The notes: generated from the letters alone by a model not told the origin. DNA of 63,484 nucleotides, filler included, from Dicyema japonicum (GCA_011109175.1; 7 parts of 7 records of this genome joined end to end with filler, not necessarily neighbours in it), one strand, 5' to 3'; shown: positions 1 to 12,004, counted from the whole stretch's first letter. Numbers and translations are program-made.

Positions 1-250
1 TTATTATTAGCACTTTCACGAGAGCCATAATATTTATAGCCCCGCATGTGCAGCAAAAAATATAAGAGAATTAGTTAGGTTGCTCCAAGCTCTTCTGTTC
101 TTTTCTAGGACCCTCAGCGAGTCCAGATCGTCACCAGATACCAATATTTTCTTCACGGCTTTCAGATCGTTTTGTAGAACGACCGGGAGGGTAGTTCTAG
201 GTCTTTCACGAAAGCGTTTTACATTGGAGGAGTAGTAATTTCCCATTGCG
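1..250 (-). mobile_element. RTE-clade non-LTR retrotransposon, 3' end
   Basis: C-terminal motif R(G/E)RPRTTLPVVLQNDL...DDLDSLR...NRRAW; 3' UTR ...ctatggctctcgtgaaagtgc-type followed by (TAA)n tail at positions 1-10. Confidence 0.85.
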
Positions 251-329
251 ATGTTCGCTATATTTCTAATCTAATTTATATTATTTTTACTTCAATTTGT
301 GAATACTGTATATTTAAAATTATAATTCA

Positions 330-775
330 ATTTATAATTTCTAATTGACTGGACAACATCAAATCAAGATCTCGTTATTTCCCAAATGGAGTTCCTCAAG
401 GTTCCCCACTATCACCCCTACTCTTCAATTTCTACATAAACGACATGCCACAAACCTGTAATGAAAACTGTCTAATCCTCTCCTATGCCGACGATATCAT
501 TCTTGCTTCCAAGAACAGAAGCATTCAATCAGCGACTCAGTTGGCTCAACAAATGCTTGACAACTTGGAACTATGGCTCTCGAAGCGGAGACTTGACACA
601 TAGCAGCAAAGTCCTTTGTCACACTGTTCACCACCTACAAGAGACAGCTCTGTATCGAACCAAAAGTCTTTATGAAGAACGAAGCTATATCTATTAACAA
701 AACACCGAAGATTCTGGGAGTAACCTTTGATCAGGGACTCACCTTTATCCGGCATGTTGAAAAATTATTAACAAT
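330..775 (+). mobile_element. APE-type (I-group-like) LINE reverse transcriptase fragment
   Basis: Manual translation gives GVPQGSPLSPLLFNFYINDMP, SYADDIILAS and KILGVTFDQGLTF, with frameshifts. Confidence 0.85.
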
Positions 776-780
776 AAATA

Positions 781-920
781 TTATTTATTAACTATGGGGG
801 AGAGCGGCTGCTGACATCACGGAGTAAGCGTTTCCGCGAACAACTGCGATACCAATTCTTTGCCTCAGCCAGACCGCTTCCCGCACGTCTTTCTTGCGGT
901 GGGCCAATTTTCCCCCGCTT
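781..920 (-). mobile_element. CRE-clade retrotransposon 3' end
   Basis: Minus frame reads EAVWLRQRIGIAVVRGNAYSV* then a TAA-rich tail; matches the REL C-terminus of the CRE copy at 45570-48054. Confidence 0.7.
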
Positions 921-989
921 AATTAATTATTAAAAAATTACTTTTATTCAAATTAAGACATATTTCGCTTTTGTTATATTAAAAAAAGC

Positions 990-2335
990 CAATGAAATAA
1001 AAAAACAAATAATTGCTGCTTATCAAGCTAATGGGGAATATATTGAACTTGCTAAGAAAATTGGTGATCAAAACTTCAACTCTGTATAGATGGATTTACT
1101 TGAAGAATTCACTCAAGACAAAAGAAAAGGTAAAAAACGTCAGAAAATTTTTTGAATAGCATATTAATCGTATCATTAAATGTATCGAAAATAATCCAAG
1201 ATTGACGCTTCAACAAATAAAAGATTAATTATCATCAACATTTGCTCTAAATATATTTCAACAGAGTCAATCCGAGTACATCTTGATTATTCTATATACT
1301 TTGAAAAATATTCGTTTTCGAGCCAAATACGGCAAACTCTGACGAAAATAAAGAAAAAAAGGAAACGATTTGCAGAGAAGTACCAATCAAATGACGTTCC
1401 TATTGTTTTTATGGATGAAACTAATTTCCACATTCATATTAACCGAAGAACGGGAAGATCAATAAGAGGTGAACGTTGTACTACGCCTATTGCTTGTTCA
1501 AAAGAGGCAAACATGATTGGATGCATTGGAATAAATGGCGTGCTATTTTATGAAATTAAAACGTGGATCATTCAGAATGAATACTGCATGCGAATGGGTC
1601 AAAAATTATTCAGAAAGAAAATTTAATGTACCAAAGACCAGTGGGTTTTGGTAATTGACAATGCTCCCTGCCACAATGGCCTAGAAAATTATATCTTACA
1701 AGATCCAGAAATAAACAGAAATCTAATTTTGCGATTAGCACCATATAGTCCAATGGCCGGGTGGCATAGTGGTTAGGTGTCGGGCTTAAGTGGCTTAGTC
1801 TACGGGTTCGAATCTCGCTGCTGTTCATCTGGTGGAAAGTTCCACGCATCTACGATGCAGAAATGGTTTGACGAGTGACGCCGTCATCAGTGGATACTCA
1901 CTGCGGAACTGGATTGTCTAGAAAGGACACTCACACAAGAACAAGAAAAAAAGAAGTGAAGATTCATTCCTTGGTTCTACGATTAGTTAAAATTAACTGT
2001 TCTTTACTTAAATAAAGTGTGTGTCCTGCCTATGCGGAGCTATAAATACTATGGCTCTCGTGAAAAGGCTTTATTAAGGTCCAATGTTAAATCCGATAGG
2101 TGTATGGGCAATTTTAAAGTCCAAAGTTAAACGAGAATTATCTACAAAAATGTCGGAATTTTTATCTCATGAGACAACGTCTACACTTACAAAAACTGAG
2201 TATCGTTTGCGTGTACTGGAAAAATTATAAAAGAATCAATGAAAAACATAAGTGCGAGACAATGCAGTAAGTTGATTGCACGGATACAAGTAGTTTTACC
2301 CAGTGTAATTAATCTTAACAATGTTCATTTCTAGC
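990..2335 (+). pseudogene. Tc1/mariner-IS630 transposase remnant interrupted by a SINE
   Basis: MDETNF, VIDNAPCH and LAPYSPM|LNPI motifs; the YSPMLNPI motif is split exactly by the SINE at 1756-2078. Confidence 0.8.
1756..2078 (+). mobile_element. Full-length tRNA-Leu(UAA)-derived SINE with RTE-derived 3' tail
   Basis: A box TGGCATAGTGG, B box GGTTCGAATC, anticodon loop CTTAAGT; 8-bp TSD GTCCAATG (1748-1755 and 2079-2086); last ~45 nt match the RTE 3' end at 1-48. Confidence 0.88.
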
Positions 2336-2403
2336 GGTCAAATAAAAATTTTTCTGTTAAAAAAATTTAGATAAATTTTTGTCAATAATTTGAATATATG
2401 GTA

Positions 2404-2500
2404 TATTCCCATTTTGAATTTGCTTATTCCCATTTCTGAATTCGTTTATTCCCAATTCCATTTTCCCAATTTGATTTTGTTTATTCCCAATTTGAACTTA
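2404..2500. repeat. Short degenerate tandem repeats (about 20-nt TATTCCCAATTTGAATT-like unit)
   Basis: Four to five imperfect copies visible; possibly a transposon subterminal array. Confidence 0.55.
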
Positions 2501-2974
2501 AAAAGGTATAGAAGTGGTCGTGAAAATTCACCACGGAAACGACAGTAATAACCTAGAAGTTTCTAAAAGGAAAATATAGAAATTTAACTAATCCACGTTC
2601 TGAGTATTTTTCAATGGGACAACTGAGCGAATAAGTGGGAAATTGCTCCATTTTTTCAAGAGGGGGCTGACTACACTCAAAAGCTCTGTAAACCCCACTG
2701 TTATCCGGTTGATCTCGGATGCCATCATGAGAAGCAATGTTTATTTATTTAGAACCCCGGGATTACCAGAGAGGAAAAAAAGATAAACGTCAAACAGTTA
2801 TGTTGATCCTAGTTCCCGCAATCAACTGCGCCATCCAACGGAAATTCTTCGTCGTCGATGATGTGGCGAAGACAAGTTGAATTAATTAAATGTTTAATAA
2901 TTCAGCTAATTAACAAAAAACATTTGGTAATTACAATCTTAAAAAAATCGAAAAATTATGCCAAATGTACAAAT

Positions 2975-4549
2975 CTAAAACAAAATTTTCTTACATTTTT
3001 TAGCCATGCAGAGACATCTAATCCCTAAACATCACAACCATCCCCAACCTGATTGTCGGCTAGAACTTCCAGAATCTATAATAAAAACAGACAAATCACT
3101 TTGTATATAATAGTCAAATGTCAATTCCTCATTTGCCTCTATATTTCGTCTAGCAAACAAAGAAAGTCTATAAATTCTCGGATCCCTGTGACCACACCAC
3201 GTGGATAGAACGTGAAGGTTAGGATCGCACTGTAATTATACAACACAATACACTGTGGTTAATAAACCGGGAAATGTTCCCAAAATACTTAGCGTCCACT
3301 ACCAAAGGATTCCCGTTATTTTCAAAATCCATGTCAAACAAATAACTCATCCTTCCCGAGTCGTACACGATTCCTCTGTCTTCTGCGATCTGATCTGTTA
3401 CGATCTACCACTTTCACTGACTTTAACCTCTCCTACATATTCGGACACGAATGTTCCATGTTTAATCTTGTTCATTGACTTCACTCCCCAACCACGTCCA
3501 CTAGGAGTCCTAAACAAGCACAAATCCATCTTTCTCCCATTCTGAACAACTTTATTGGGGCAGTTTTTATAGCATTTACACCTGAGAATTAAATATTGGC
3601 ATCACTTGGGCCCACACTCGAAAATCAAACAACTCCGCTTCAGAAAACATAATCCGTCACACGTGTACGGGTAACTTGTCCCCTTGTAGTTTACACAAGG
3701 GCATTTCAGGATAGAGCGAGAGCAGTCTTCACAATCACAACAGTACTGGTCTTCGGGTTCAAATGTCCCCAGTTCAGGAGATAAGAACGACTCATTGATA
3801 AAAGAGAAGTTCCCTAGATTTCTTATAAGAAAATACTGGGAATCGTCTCCAAATCGTTCACATTTTCTATATAGATGAGCCCCCTTGCGTTAGAAACATT
3901 TCGAAAGTATCGTTCTGTCCGTTGAAGCGAGGATTTGTGGTATTTTACCTTTCTCTCAATGTAGTCAGAAAATCCCTGGAATAATAACTCCTCCCACTCG
4001 TTTGATTAAATTCTTGTCATTATAGTAAGATGGAAGATATTTCTCAGACTTGGCTTGTTTGGCAAAATCCTTTAGTAGACCCCTGTTGTCAAAAAACTGC
4101 AATAAAAAATAACACACGTGTTGTATGAGTGTTACTATCCAATCTGAACGGTCTGTCACAACTGTGGAAGACGAGGAAGAGTTTTCAAAGAATTCTGCAA
4201 GTTTTTCAGGACAACTAAGATTGGCGACAGGTTCCCACGTGTTACATAGTTCGGACCAGCCAAGCCATTTGACCAAAAAGTAATCTACGTCCTAAAATCA
4301 ACAAAATTGAAACGTTTATGTTCATTTTGTCTATAATTTTTTCAACATCAAAGCTATCATTCCAGAATATTTTTCCATCGATGGCCACTGAAATAAAATT
4401 ACTAAATACGCTTGTTTATAATGAATTGGAGGTGGTCAATCCCGATTAAGTCAATTATTTGATTTATAAGGAACTCAATGGCTAGAGTTGAGAAGGTAAG
4501 GTTGCACTTGTTAATTAAGATAATTATGTCGTACGGAGACATTAGACAT
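2975..4549 (-). CDS. SUV39H: Histone H3K9 methyltransferase Su(var)3-9/SUV39H (chromo, pre-SET, SET, post-SET); 11 introns of 21-28 nt
   Basis: Removing 11 GT-AG micro-introns gives an open frame: YFLVKWLGWSELCNTWEP, CCDCEDC...IFECGPKCKCYKNCPNKVVQNG, GRGWGVKS...SEYVGEIVT, YLFDMDF, YFGNISRFINHSCDPNL, ELTFDY, IRCLCMAKKCKKILF*. Confidence 0.93.
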
Positions 4550-5604
4550 TTTATTTTTCTCGTCAAACCACCACTTCGCATAATTTGAAAATAAAAAATA
4601 TTTATTTATTACTATTATTAATAAGCACTCCAGGAAAATCATAAATTAATTAAGTTTTTCTTGTGCCACGTTCATTATCCTTCTCTTCCAATTCCCCCAT
4701 TGCAAATTTATACTTAACTGACCACGTGAATCAAAAATTATAAATCTGACTGATCTTAGATTGTTACTTTTCTATTAGCTACCAATTTTCTTCACTTAAT
4801 AAATAAACTTGAGATTATAAAATGAAATAAATTAGGGAAAAGACGTAACTATTATGTAATTTCGATTTCTCTCAATTATCTCTCACCTTCAATCAGATCC
4901 ACGATTCTGATTTGGGATTTTAGGATTTTATGTACTTTCCATATGCTCACATAACTATCAGTAGCATATATATCAGTTGCATGTGGGCGATAAATGTAAC
5001 ATCAATTTTCTTGACAAGGAATTCGAATGGGGTTAGTCTTGTCACAGAGTCGGAAAACATCTTTAGGAAATATGGACTCGACATGGTTATCTTTTTAAGT
5101 CATTTTTGTTTGCCTTGTTTCATGGAGCGAGCCATAGCTGATGGTCATAAATATTCTTTTATAGATTAAAAAGAGAAAGTGGATTAAATTTAGATTTATA
5201 TATTTCGTTATTTAACAAAGAGTATATAATTTATCATTTTTATCAAGTTTACTTAATTTTCTTAGAGCAGAAACAAGTTCCAGGACTGAAGTGCAATAAA
5301 GCAATTTTAGTTAAGTGTCTTTGGAGCCTTTAGATAAGCAGACACGGCGTTCTCGTCCATAATTTCCATAAAAAATGTGAGTGATATATATAAATTCAAG
5401 CAAGAAAATCTATTTTTAATAATATTTAGTAAGAGAGATGCCGCAGTATCATACAAAATCCAGATGCTTCTGGATAGGAATCTTGCTGCTGTCCATTCTG
5501 AAAGTCAATGAAGTCAACTTTTTTATGTCAATTTTTTATTTGTTATGTCAAATATTTATTTTTTATGTCAAATTTATTCATTTAAAAATTTAACAATAAT
5601 GTAT

Positions 5605-5712
5605 TAAATTAAAAGCCAACCATCCAAAGTGGACCCCGCCGACATTATCGACGTTGCGTTGCCTCTCACGATTGCAACAGAGATCAACTGGAGAAGCCAC
5701 CTGGTCATTTAA
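5605..5712 (-). mobile_element. CRE-clade 3' end fragment
   Basis: Minus frame RWLLQLISVAIVRGNATSIMSAG. Confidence 0.65.
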
Positions 5713-5949
5713 CAATTAAAAAAATAATTGGTACTTATCCAGCTGATGACCGCCACTTCCTGCAACAAAATCAATATTTAATAATTTCCTAATGATTCCA
5801 ATATTGCTTCGAATAATAAATTTGCAAACTCTCAATATTCAAAATCACGTTCCTAAACTCTACGATATTATATGATTTACTTTTTGTATAAAACAAAAGT
5901 TTCTTTGAACATAAAAAATCAATCAATTTTCGTGTGTTGCAAGTCATGC

Positions 5950-8500
5950 AATCTACCTGAAGAGGACCTCATGAAGGCTTTTTAAGTTGATCTTTTCCAT
6001 CAAATTATTATATTGTAATTCGATCAACGCCTTCACATTTACTAGCCTACCATCATCAACACCATACTTAGCAGACAAAAAAGGTCTGATAGTGCCTAGG
6101 TGGGTTGCCCGTGTTTTCTCGGTCGTTATTATGGCGTGCTTCCTAGCAGACACACTTGACTCAGCTATCAGGGTGTCGTGCATTCGCATTAGGATACGCT
6201 CACTTAGTTGGACTACTCTACACAGTCCACGGCCGAATTTATCACGGGGTAAATATAGTCTCTCCTTATTGGCTGCCAGCACATGGACATGGTTCTCTCT
6301 GAGTAATCCATGGATCATAACATCCATCTCATCATAATCGTTAGGCTCAAACTCTACAATACCTATGTAGTAGTTTAGCAGCGAGACAGCATACTCATTT
6401 AATGCTAGGAACAAATTCCTTGCATTTAGAGACGTCTTACACAATAACGCTGCTCTTTTACGGATGCCTTCAGTAATTTGTCGCTTTGTCTCAGGCATTA
6501 TAAGGGACTTTGGAGATTCGGTAACACCCAGATACTTATATCCTTCGTGTTCCTCTAGGACTCTTACTAACTCGCTACATACTTGCGTGTTAGTCGCAGA
6601 CTTTGAATAATTCAAATCTAGCCCTATACTCTCAAAGAATTCCCTGGCACAGACCCCCATGGAGTAGAGCTCCTCGGCTGTTCGAGCATACATCTTCAGT
6701 CATCGATAAAAAGAAGGTGATTTGTACTGAAACAGACCCCTTCACAATGAACTGGTATTTGCTCAAACCGGTCATTGAGGCGGCGACTCAATGGCTCCAA
6801 ACAGAGAACAAAGAGTAGCGGAGACATGCTATCCCCCTGAAGGATCCCCCTCTTGAGTTTTACCTCGCCTATCCGGTGCCTATTATAGTTCAGATGAATA
6901 CTCCACCTATTCATCACAGCCACTACAAAGCTGATGAACCACACAGGCATACACAGACTGTGTAGGCACTCGACAAGGTAAGAATGATCAACTGAATCGT
7001 AAGCCTTCTTCACATCCACCCACATGGACAAAAGTGAGTTTCCGTGAGACACAGAAAGGCATTTGTTGATCAAAGCCTGCTCTTTTGCCCCCTGACAATT
7101 TCGCACAGTTCCCAACTGATTCTCGGAGAGAATCCCATTTGCTTCTACAAAGCTTCTGACCTCATTAGCCACCAATTTGGTCATCAGTTTATACAGGGTT
7201 GGTATGCAGGTTATCGGTCGATAATCTGCAGCAGACTGGGGGTTGTCCAGCTTTGGGATCAAATAAGTTGTCCCTGTGCATGCCCAATCAGGAATCGTTT
7301 CCGGGTTAGTGATGCTTTTCTGTAATACACGACACATAGACTCGTGTAATGAAGTGCATCTTTTGATAAAGAAATTATAAACTTTATCGACCCCGGTCGT
7401 CTTCCAATCAGGGAGATGTCTCACTACCGCCTCAAATTTCTTGCGAAAATCGAAAATTCCGCAAGATTCCGCCAAGAAAGGAGCGGCGCTGTACGGGACA
7501 TTCCACGCATTTCCTCTGCGTGGTTTAGCCTCCCACATACTACCCCATGTGGAAAGCATTTCCGCGTCCTGCTGTGAACATACACTATGGCCATTTTCGT
7601 GTAGGCGACGGTAAAACAATCTGCGATTAAACTCAAACAGATTATTTTCTCTCTTCTCTTACACCGACTTTCATGTGTATAGAGTTTTCTCTTATACACC
7701 ATTATTGCCCCCTCTAACTCCACCTTTGCCCTCCTCAACTCTTTGAGGTCCCATTTGGGAACACGGAGTTTACTAATTAGCCCCTTTACTATAGCCGGTG
7801 CTTTTCCTCTAACCCCTCTCGCCACACTACTTATGTGCCCCTCCAGTGCTTCCAGCTCAATCTGTCTCCAAGCAATCTTGGCACAGATCTGCTCCCTTCA
7901 TTTACTGGGTGGTCTGGGCTTGTCCGTCAATTCCTCATAGGAGATCTGTGCTGCATACAGCACTAGGGAGATGTCACCCAATGACCCTACTGGCTTAGCC
8001 TCCAACGCATAAGCCAGAGCCTTATTGATGCGAGTTAACACTACACCGTTAACCTTACAATGAGGAATCTTGGGCAAATCTACGGTCCTCAAGTGGGACA
8101 TCTGTCGCTGCAGCGAGATTCCGCGCGAAGACCTCATAAAAATGCTTGACCTGCAACGTATCACAGTCCTGGTGCTCGTGCTCTCTTTGACAGTTGTGGT
8201 CACCTGGTCCCCGCCCCTTTAGACCAGTACCCTCTTTGCCTACAGCCATTTTCTTGAGTTCACTTACTGATATAGCAGTACTGAATCTGCCACTGCAGAG
8301 CTCCGCCAAGTATGACCACCATTCCAGGGCATTCGAGATAGCCTGCTACGTACCTGCAGGACTACCTGCCTCGCCCATTCTTTTGGGTCATCTGCCACAA
8401 CGCTCTCGGATATGGCAAGAATTACATTCATACCATCAGGTAACGCAAGTGACCTTCTCCTTTTTTCTTTTCAACATTTTTGCCAACTCGAGAGAGTTTT
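5950..8500 (-). mobile_element. R4/Dong-like non-LTR retrotransposon, frameshifted, lacking the 3' REL domain
   Basis: RT motifs YRPITCIPTLYK, WVDVKKAYDSV, GILQGDSMSPLLF, HLLFIDD, YKYLG and LYLPRDKFGRGL across ORFs 5953-8309. Confidence 0.9.
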
Positions 8501-8684
8501 AACGCCACCGAATCGAAAGCACGTTGCATGTTATTATCCTGTGATAGACAATAAAAAGTAATGATTTTTTCCTCCAAGTTTTTCTAATTTGGGCCAGATA
8601 GGATTCGAACCCAAACTTTGATACTTTTTTATTTCAAAATTTGTGTTTCCGGTATCTCCCGTGTGGACTAGAAATTAAATCATC

Positions 8685-8885
8685 GTGCGTAGAATGGTGC
8701 AGTGTAACGAGTGCTGTGCAAGAAACCTGATGTCCCCTAGTTCAAATCTCGATGCTTACATTCCGGCTGAAGGTTCCGTAATCTACGATGCTTTGGTTTT
8801 ACGAGTGACGCTGTCATCAGTGAACATCTCACTGCAGAACCAGATCGTCTACAAAAGAACTCACACCCAACAAAAAGAAAAGATT
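8685..8885 (+). mobile_element. Diverged tRNA-derived SINE sharing the core of the 1756 SINE
   Basis: A-box-like TGGTGCAGTG, B-box-like AGTTCAAATC; core tacgatgc..tggttt.acgagtgacgc.gtcatcagtg..ctcactgc.gaac aligns with 1851-1940. Confidence 0.7.
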
Positions 8886-8899
8886 TTTTTGAGGAGATA

Positions 8900-11050
8900 A
8901 AGATATTAAGTGTAATAGAACCACGTCACAGTGCACCAGAACTACGGTACCCACTCAATCTTTCCATCAATTAACCTAACTGATTTAGTAGAATCATAAG
9001 GGAGAGAAGGAAGAGAGCTTTTAAGTCGCTCCTGTATACACGAAAGTTAAACGTTAGCCGTGATACCTACCCGTTCATCTTCAAGGGAGTTATTCTACTT
9101 TAGATGCGAGGATGGTTCTTCTCTCCGAAGAGGTAGAAAATCTTATCACGAAGATTGGTCCGGGTTCTCATGCTATACGACAGTTATTAACTCCGACCTT
9201 GCTAGATTGTAGAGGGCCGACCGTCCTCAGACACAGGATTTCGATGTTCACTGGAAGTCCCGGGTAGAAGAAAACTTCTTGTAGAATTATTGATAATTGA
9301 TTCGGTGATAAAAGCCAAGAATCCGACCCATCTCTAAGGAGAAAGTACCTAGAACGTAGTTGTGATAGGATCCTTTTTTTTTCTTTGTCGAGAGTAGTCT
9401 CCGAGTCATCCACCAATTGGAGGAGGTCATCCAGCAGTTCTTTCCAAACCAGTCTTCGGATAGTTTTAATAAAGGTGTGGTCGTGCATTGTCTGACTCGG
9501 TTTTATCGAAAAGTGATGAGGAATTTTAGCCAATTTACGAAACATGTGTTTTATGGTCTGAATTATCTTTCTGCAGTTCTTATGTGAGCCAGTTGAAGTG
9601 GTCGGACGGTGTGAATTTATTGCATTTAATAATTGTTCGAAGGGTTCCATTTTGGACTCTGAAGTTTTTGCATATTGGAGCCTGCAAGGGATGAGGCCAG
9701 GAGGGGCTCGCGTAGTTCAAGGTGGTTTTGATATATTTTTTGTAGATTATTCTGAAAGTTTCCTTGTCCTGGCAAAAATTTTCTTGTGTGCTTTTGCAAC
9801 AACGTGGTCCACGTGGAGGAGAATGCATGGCATTGGTCCAGGATTTTCGGTGTTTGAGATGAGATGACTTTTCCGAAGATTTTCAGGTCCACTTTGATGT
9901 TTAACTGACGTGTGTCGGTAGTGAATACACTGACACTGGACTTGGAGGGGGAGAGGTGATTGGTTAATAACCAAGAGTCTAAAGAATACAAATGTGTTTG
10001 GAGGCGGGGTGAGGCGGAGGTAATATTTCTATTCCGATCCGCAAGGATCATGTCATTCGCATAGGACAAGACTAACGTATTTTCCAGCTCGAATATGCTA
10101 GTCAGATGGAGGTAAACAAGCCGGAGAGAGGACAGATCCTTGTGGCACTCCGTTTGGGAGGTAGCGAGTATGAGATTTCTATGACAAAATAAAAGTACGT
10201 CCCATTTTGCCAGAGAAAAATGATTTCAGCAATCTCTTTGTGAATAGAGGAATACTCGATGTGGTTATCTTGTTGTAAACAACTTGCCTGCAGGTCCTGT
10301 CAAAGGCCTTAGAAATGTCAATGAAGCCAGACAGTTGAATCCATCCGCAATTAAGTCAGTTGACTTGGTTAAATGAGTTGAGGTTGAATGCTTGAGGCGG
10401 AAGCTGTGGGGAGAGTTGGACAGGTTTAGGTGAAGGTATATACAGTTGAGAATGTATCTTTCAAGGATCTTTGATACAACACAGAGGAGGGAAATTGATT
10501 GAAAAGATCCTGGGTCGTGCGGGTCCTTGTTAGGTTTAAGAGTTGGGATAATTGTCGATTGTTTCCATAACAGGCACAAATACTGAATTCAAGGACGTTT
10601 GGAAAATGTCCGTAAGGACCCGCAGTCTATATGGCCCAAGATTTTTTAGATTATATATGTATATTCCGCCTGGGCCTTTTATGGGGGAGTTTATATATTC
10701 ATTATCAGGGCATAGAGGGGGTTCAGTTTGCCGACATGGTTTGATTTATCTACATTTATCTGACAAAAATTAATCTAATGGGCCATTAGGTCGCCTGTTT
10801 ATTTTTGAAATGATTTAGTATGGTGACGTTTGTTTGTTCCAGATTTTGTTGGAGGTTGTATGCGTCTGTCCATTGTAATTACCAAATGTTTTTTGTTAAT
10901 TAATTCGGTTGGCTTAATCCAATGGTCCAGACGTGAGCCAAACTCTTTCAAACTCGACCTTTTGTTTTGGAGAATGTAATCGGAGATCGTCCGCTTAATG
11001 CTGCGTAGTCTGCAGGCTGAGTTGATGTCCCGGACGCTGCTCTTTTTTCT
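8900..11050 (-). mobile_element. APE-type LINE: RT, C-terminal region and 3' UTR, decayed
   Basis: WKQSTIIPTLKPNKDP, ISLLCVVSKILE, HST.THL, SYANDMILA and KILD motifs in consecutive minus-strand ORFs. Confidence 0.85.
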
Positions 11051-11149
11051 AGCGCGCCTCTCTATAATATTTTTTTAAATTAAAGAAATAATTTCACTTT
11101 TTTATTAGGCAACCAATAATTTAATTCGGTTTTCAACTACTCGATTAAC

Positions 11150-11970
11150 CAGAATGTGATACCATTAGTATGGAAACAGGCACTAATACGTCCAATCCTA
11201 AAACCAGGAAGACCGAGAGATGACCCAGCGCCTTTTAGACCGGTGTCACTACTATGTTCCATGTCAAAACTCCTGAAGAGGCTTGTGCTCGGGAGAATAA
11301 AAGAATTTTTACCAGAAAGGCCTTTTCAACATGGATTCATAAATGAGAGATCAACGTTACATACTTGCAAACATTGACCGACTTCATTCGAGTCGGATTC
11401 ACAACCAAGCCGAGACACTTTAAAACAGTGCTCTGTTCGATTGACATACATAAAGCTTTTGACTCAGTCTCGGGGAAGAATCTATCGAGAAAAATATTTC
11501 AATCGGAAATTCAGGGAAGCTAAAGCTTTGAATCACTAACTTCCTAAGTAAACGAAGGGGATGTGTTTGCCTCGGAGGTCTGAAATCAATCTCACGGCTC
11601 CTCCCTAACGGAGTCTCTCAAGGATCTCCTTTATCCCCTGCTCTGTTTGACCTCTTTCTAGCTGATCTTCCGACTCTTGAATCTAGATAATGATGTTCTA
11701 CTTTCCTATGCAGATGATATTGTGTTGGCTTCGCGAGATCAGGACATCCAGAAGGCCACAGAATGATTAAAAATTAACCTGGACAGGCTTAATCCCTGAA
11801 TAATGGAAAACCGACTCGTGGTAAATGCAGAGAAGTCGTCTACGTCACTATTTACCTCTGACAAAAGATTGGGAAGGAAAACAGTCAACTCAAAGTTAAG
11901 CAAGGTCGATACCCTTTTCAACAGATGTCAAAGGAACTTGGGTGTGACAATTGATGTATGTCATGAACGA
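11150..11970 (+). mobile_element. APE-type LINE RT fragment
   Basis: WKQALIRPILKPG, FRPVSLLCSMSKLL, IDIHKAFDSV, GVSQGSPLSP, SYADDIVLAS. Confidence 0.85.
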
Positions 11971-12004
11971 TGTTTCCAAAGATGCATATAGTTGCGACAG
12001 GGAG

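Noticed and set aside
1845-1915. CTGATGA on the minus strand of the SINE core (also near 8815 and 14555), suggesting a hammerhead ribozyme
   Set aside because: It is followed by CAAA or AAAA rather than GAAA, has no proper stem III or NUH site, and is antisense to the Pol III transcript. It is just the junction of two plus-strand hairpins.
4820-5510. Cluster of GT..AG micro-intron-like segments on the plus strand, divergent from SUV39H
   Set aside because: Probably a host gene, but I could not assemble one consistent frame or recognise a product, so it is not reported as a feature.
8591-8614. tRNA T-arm/B-box-like GGGTTCGAATCC on the minus strand
   Set aside because: No D arm, anticodon arm or acceptor stem can be built; at most a SINE or tRNA scrap.
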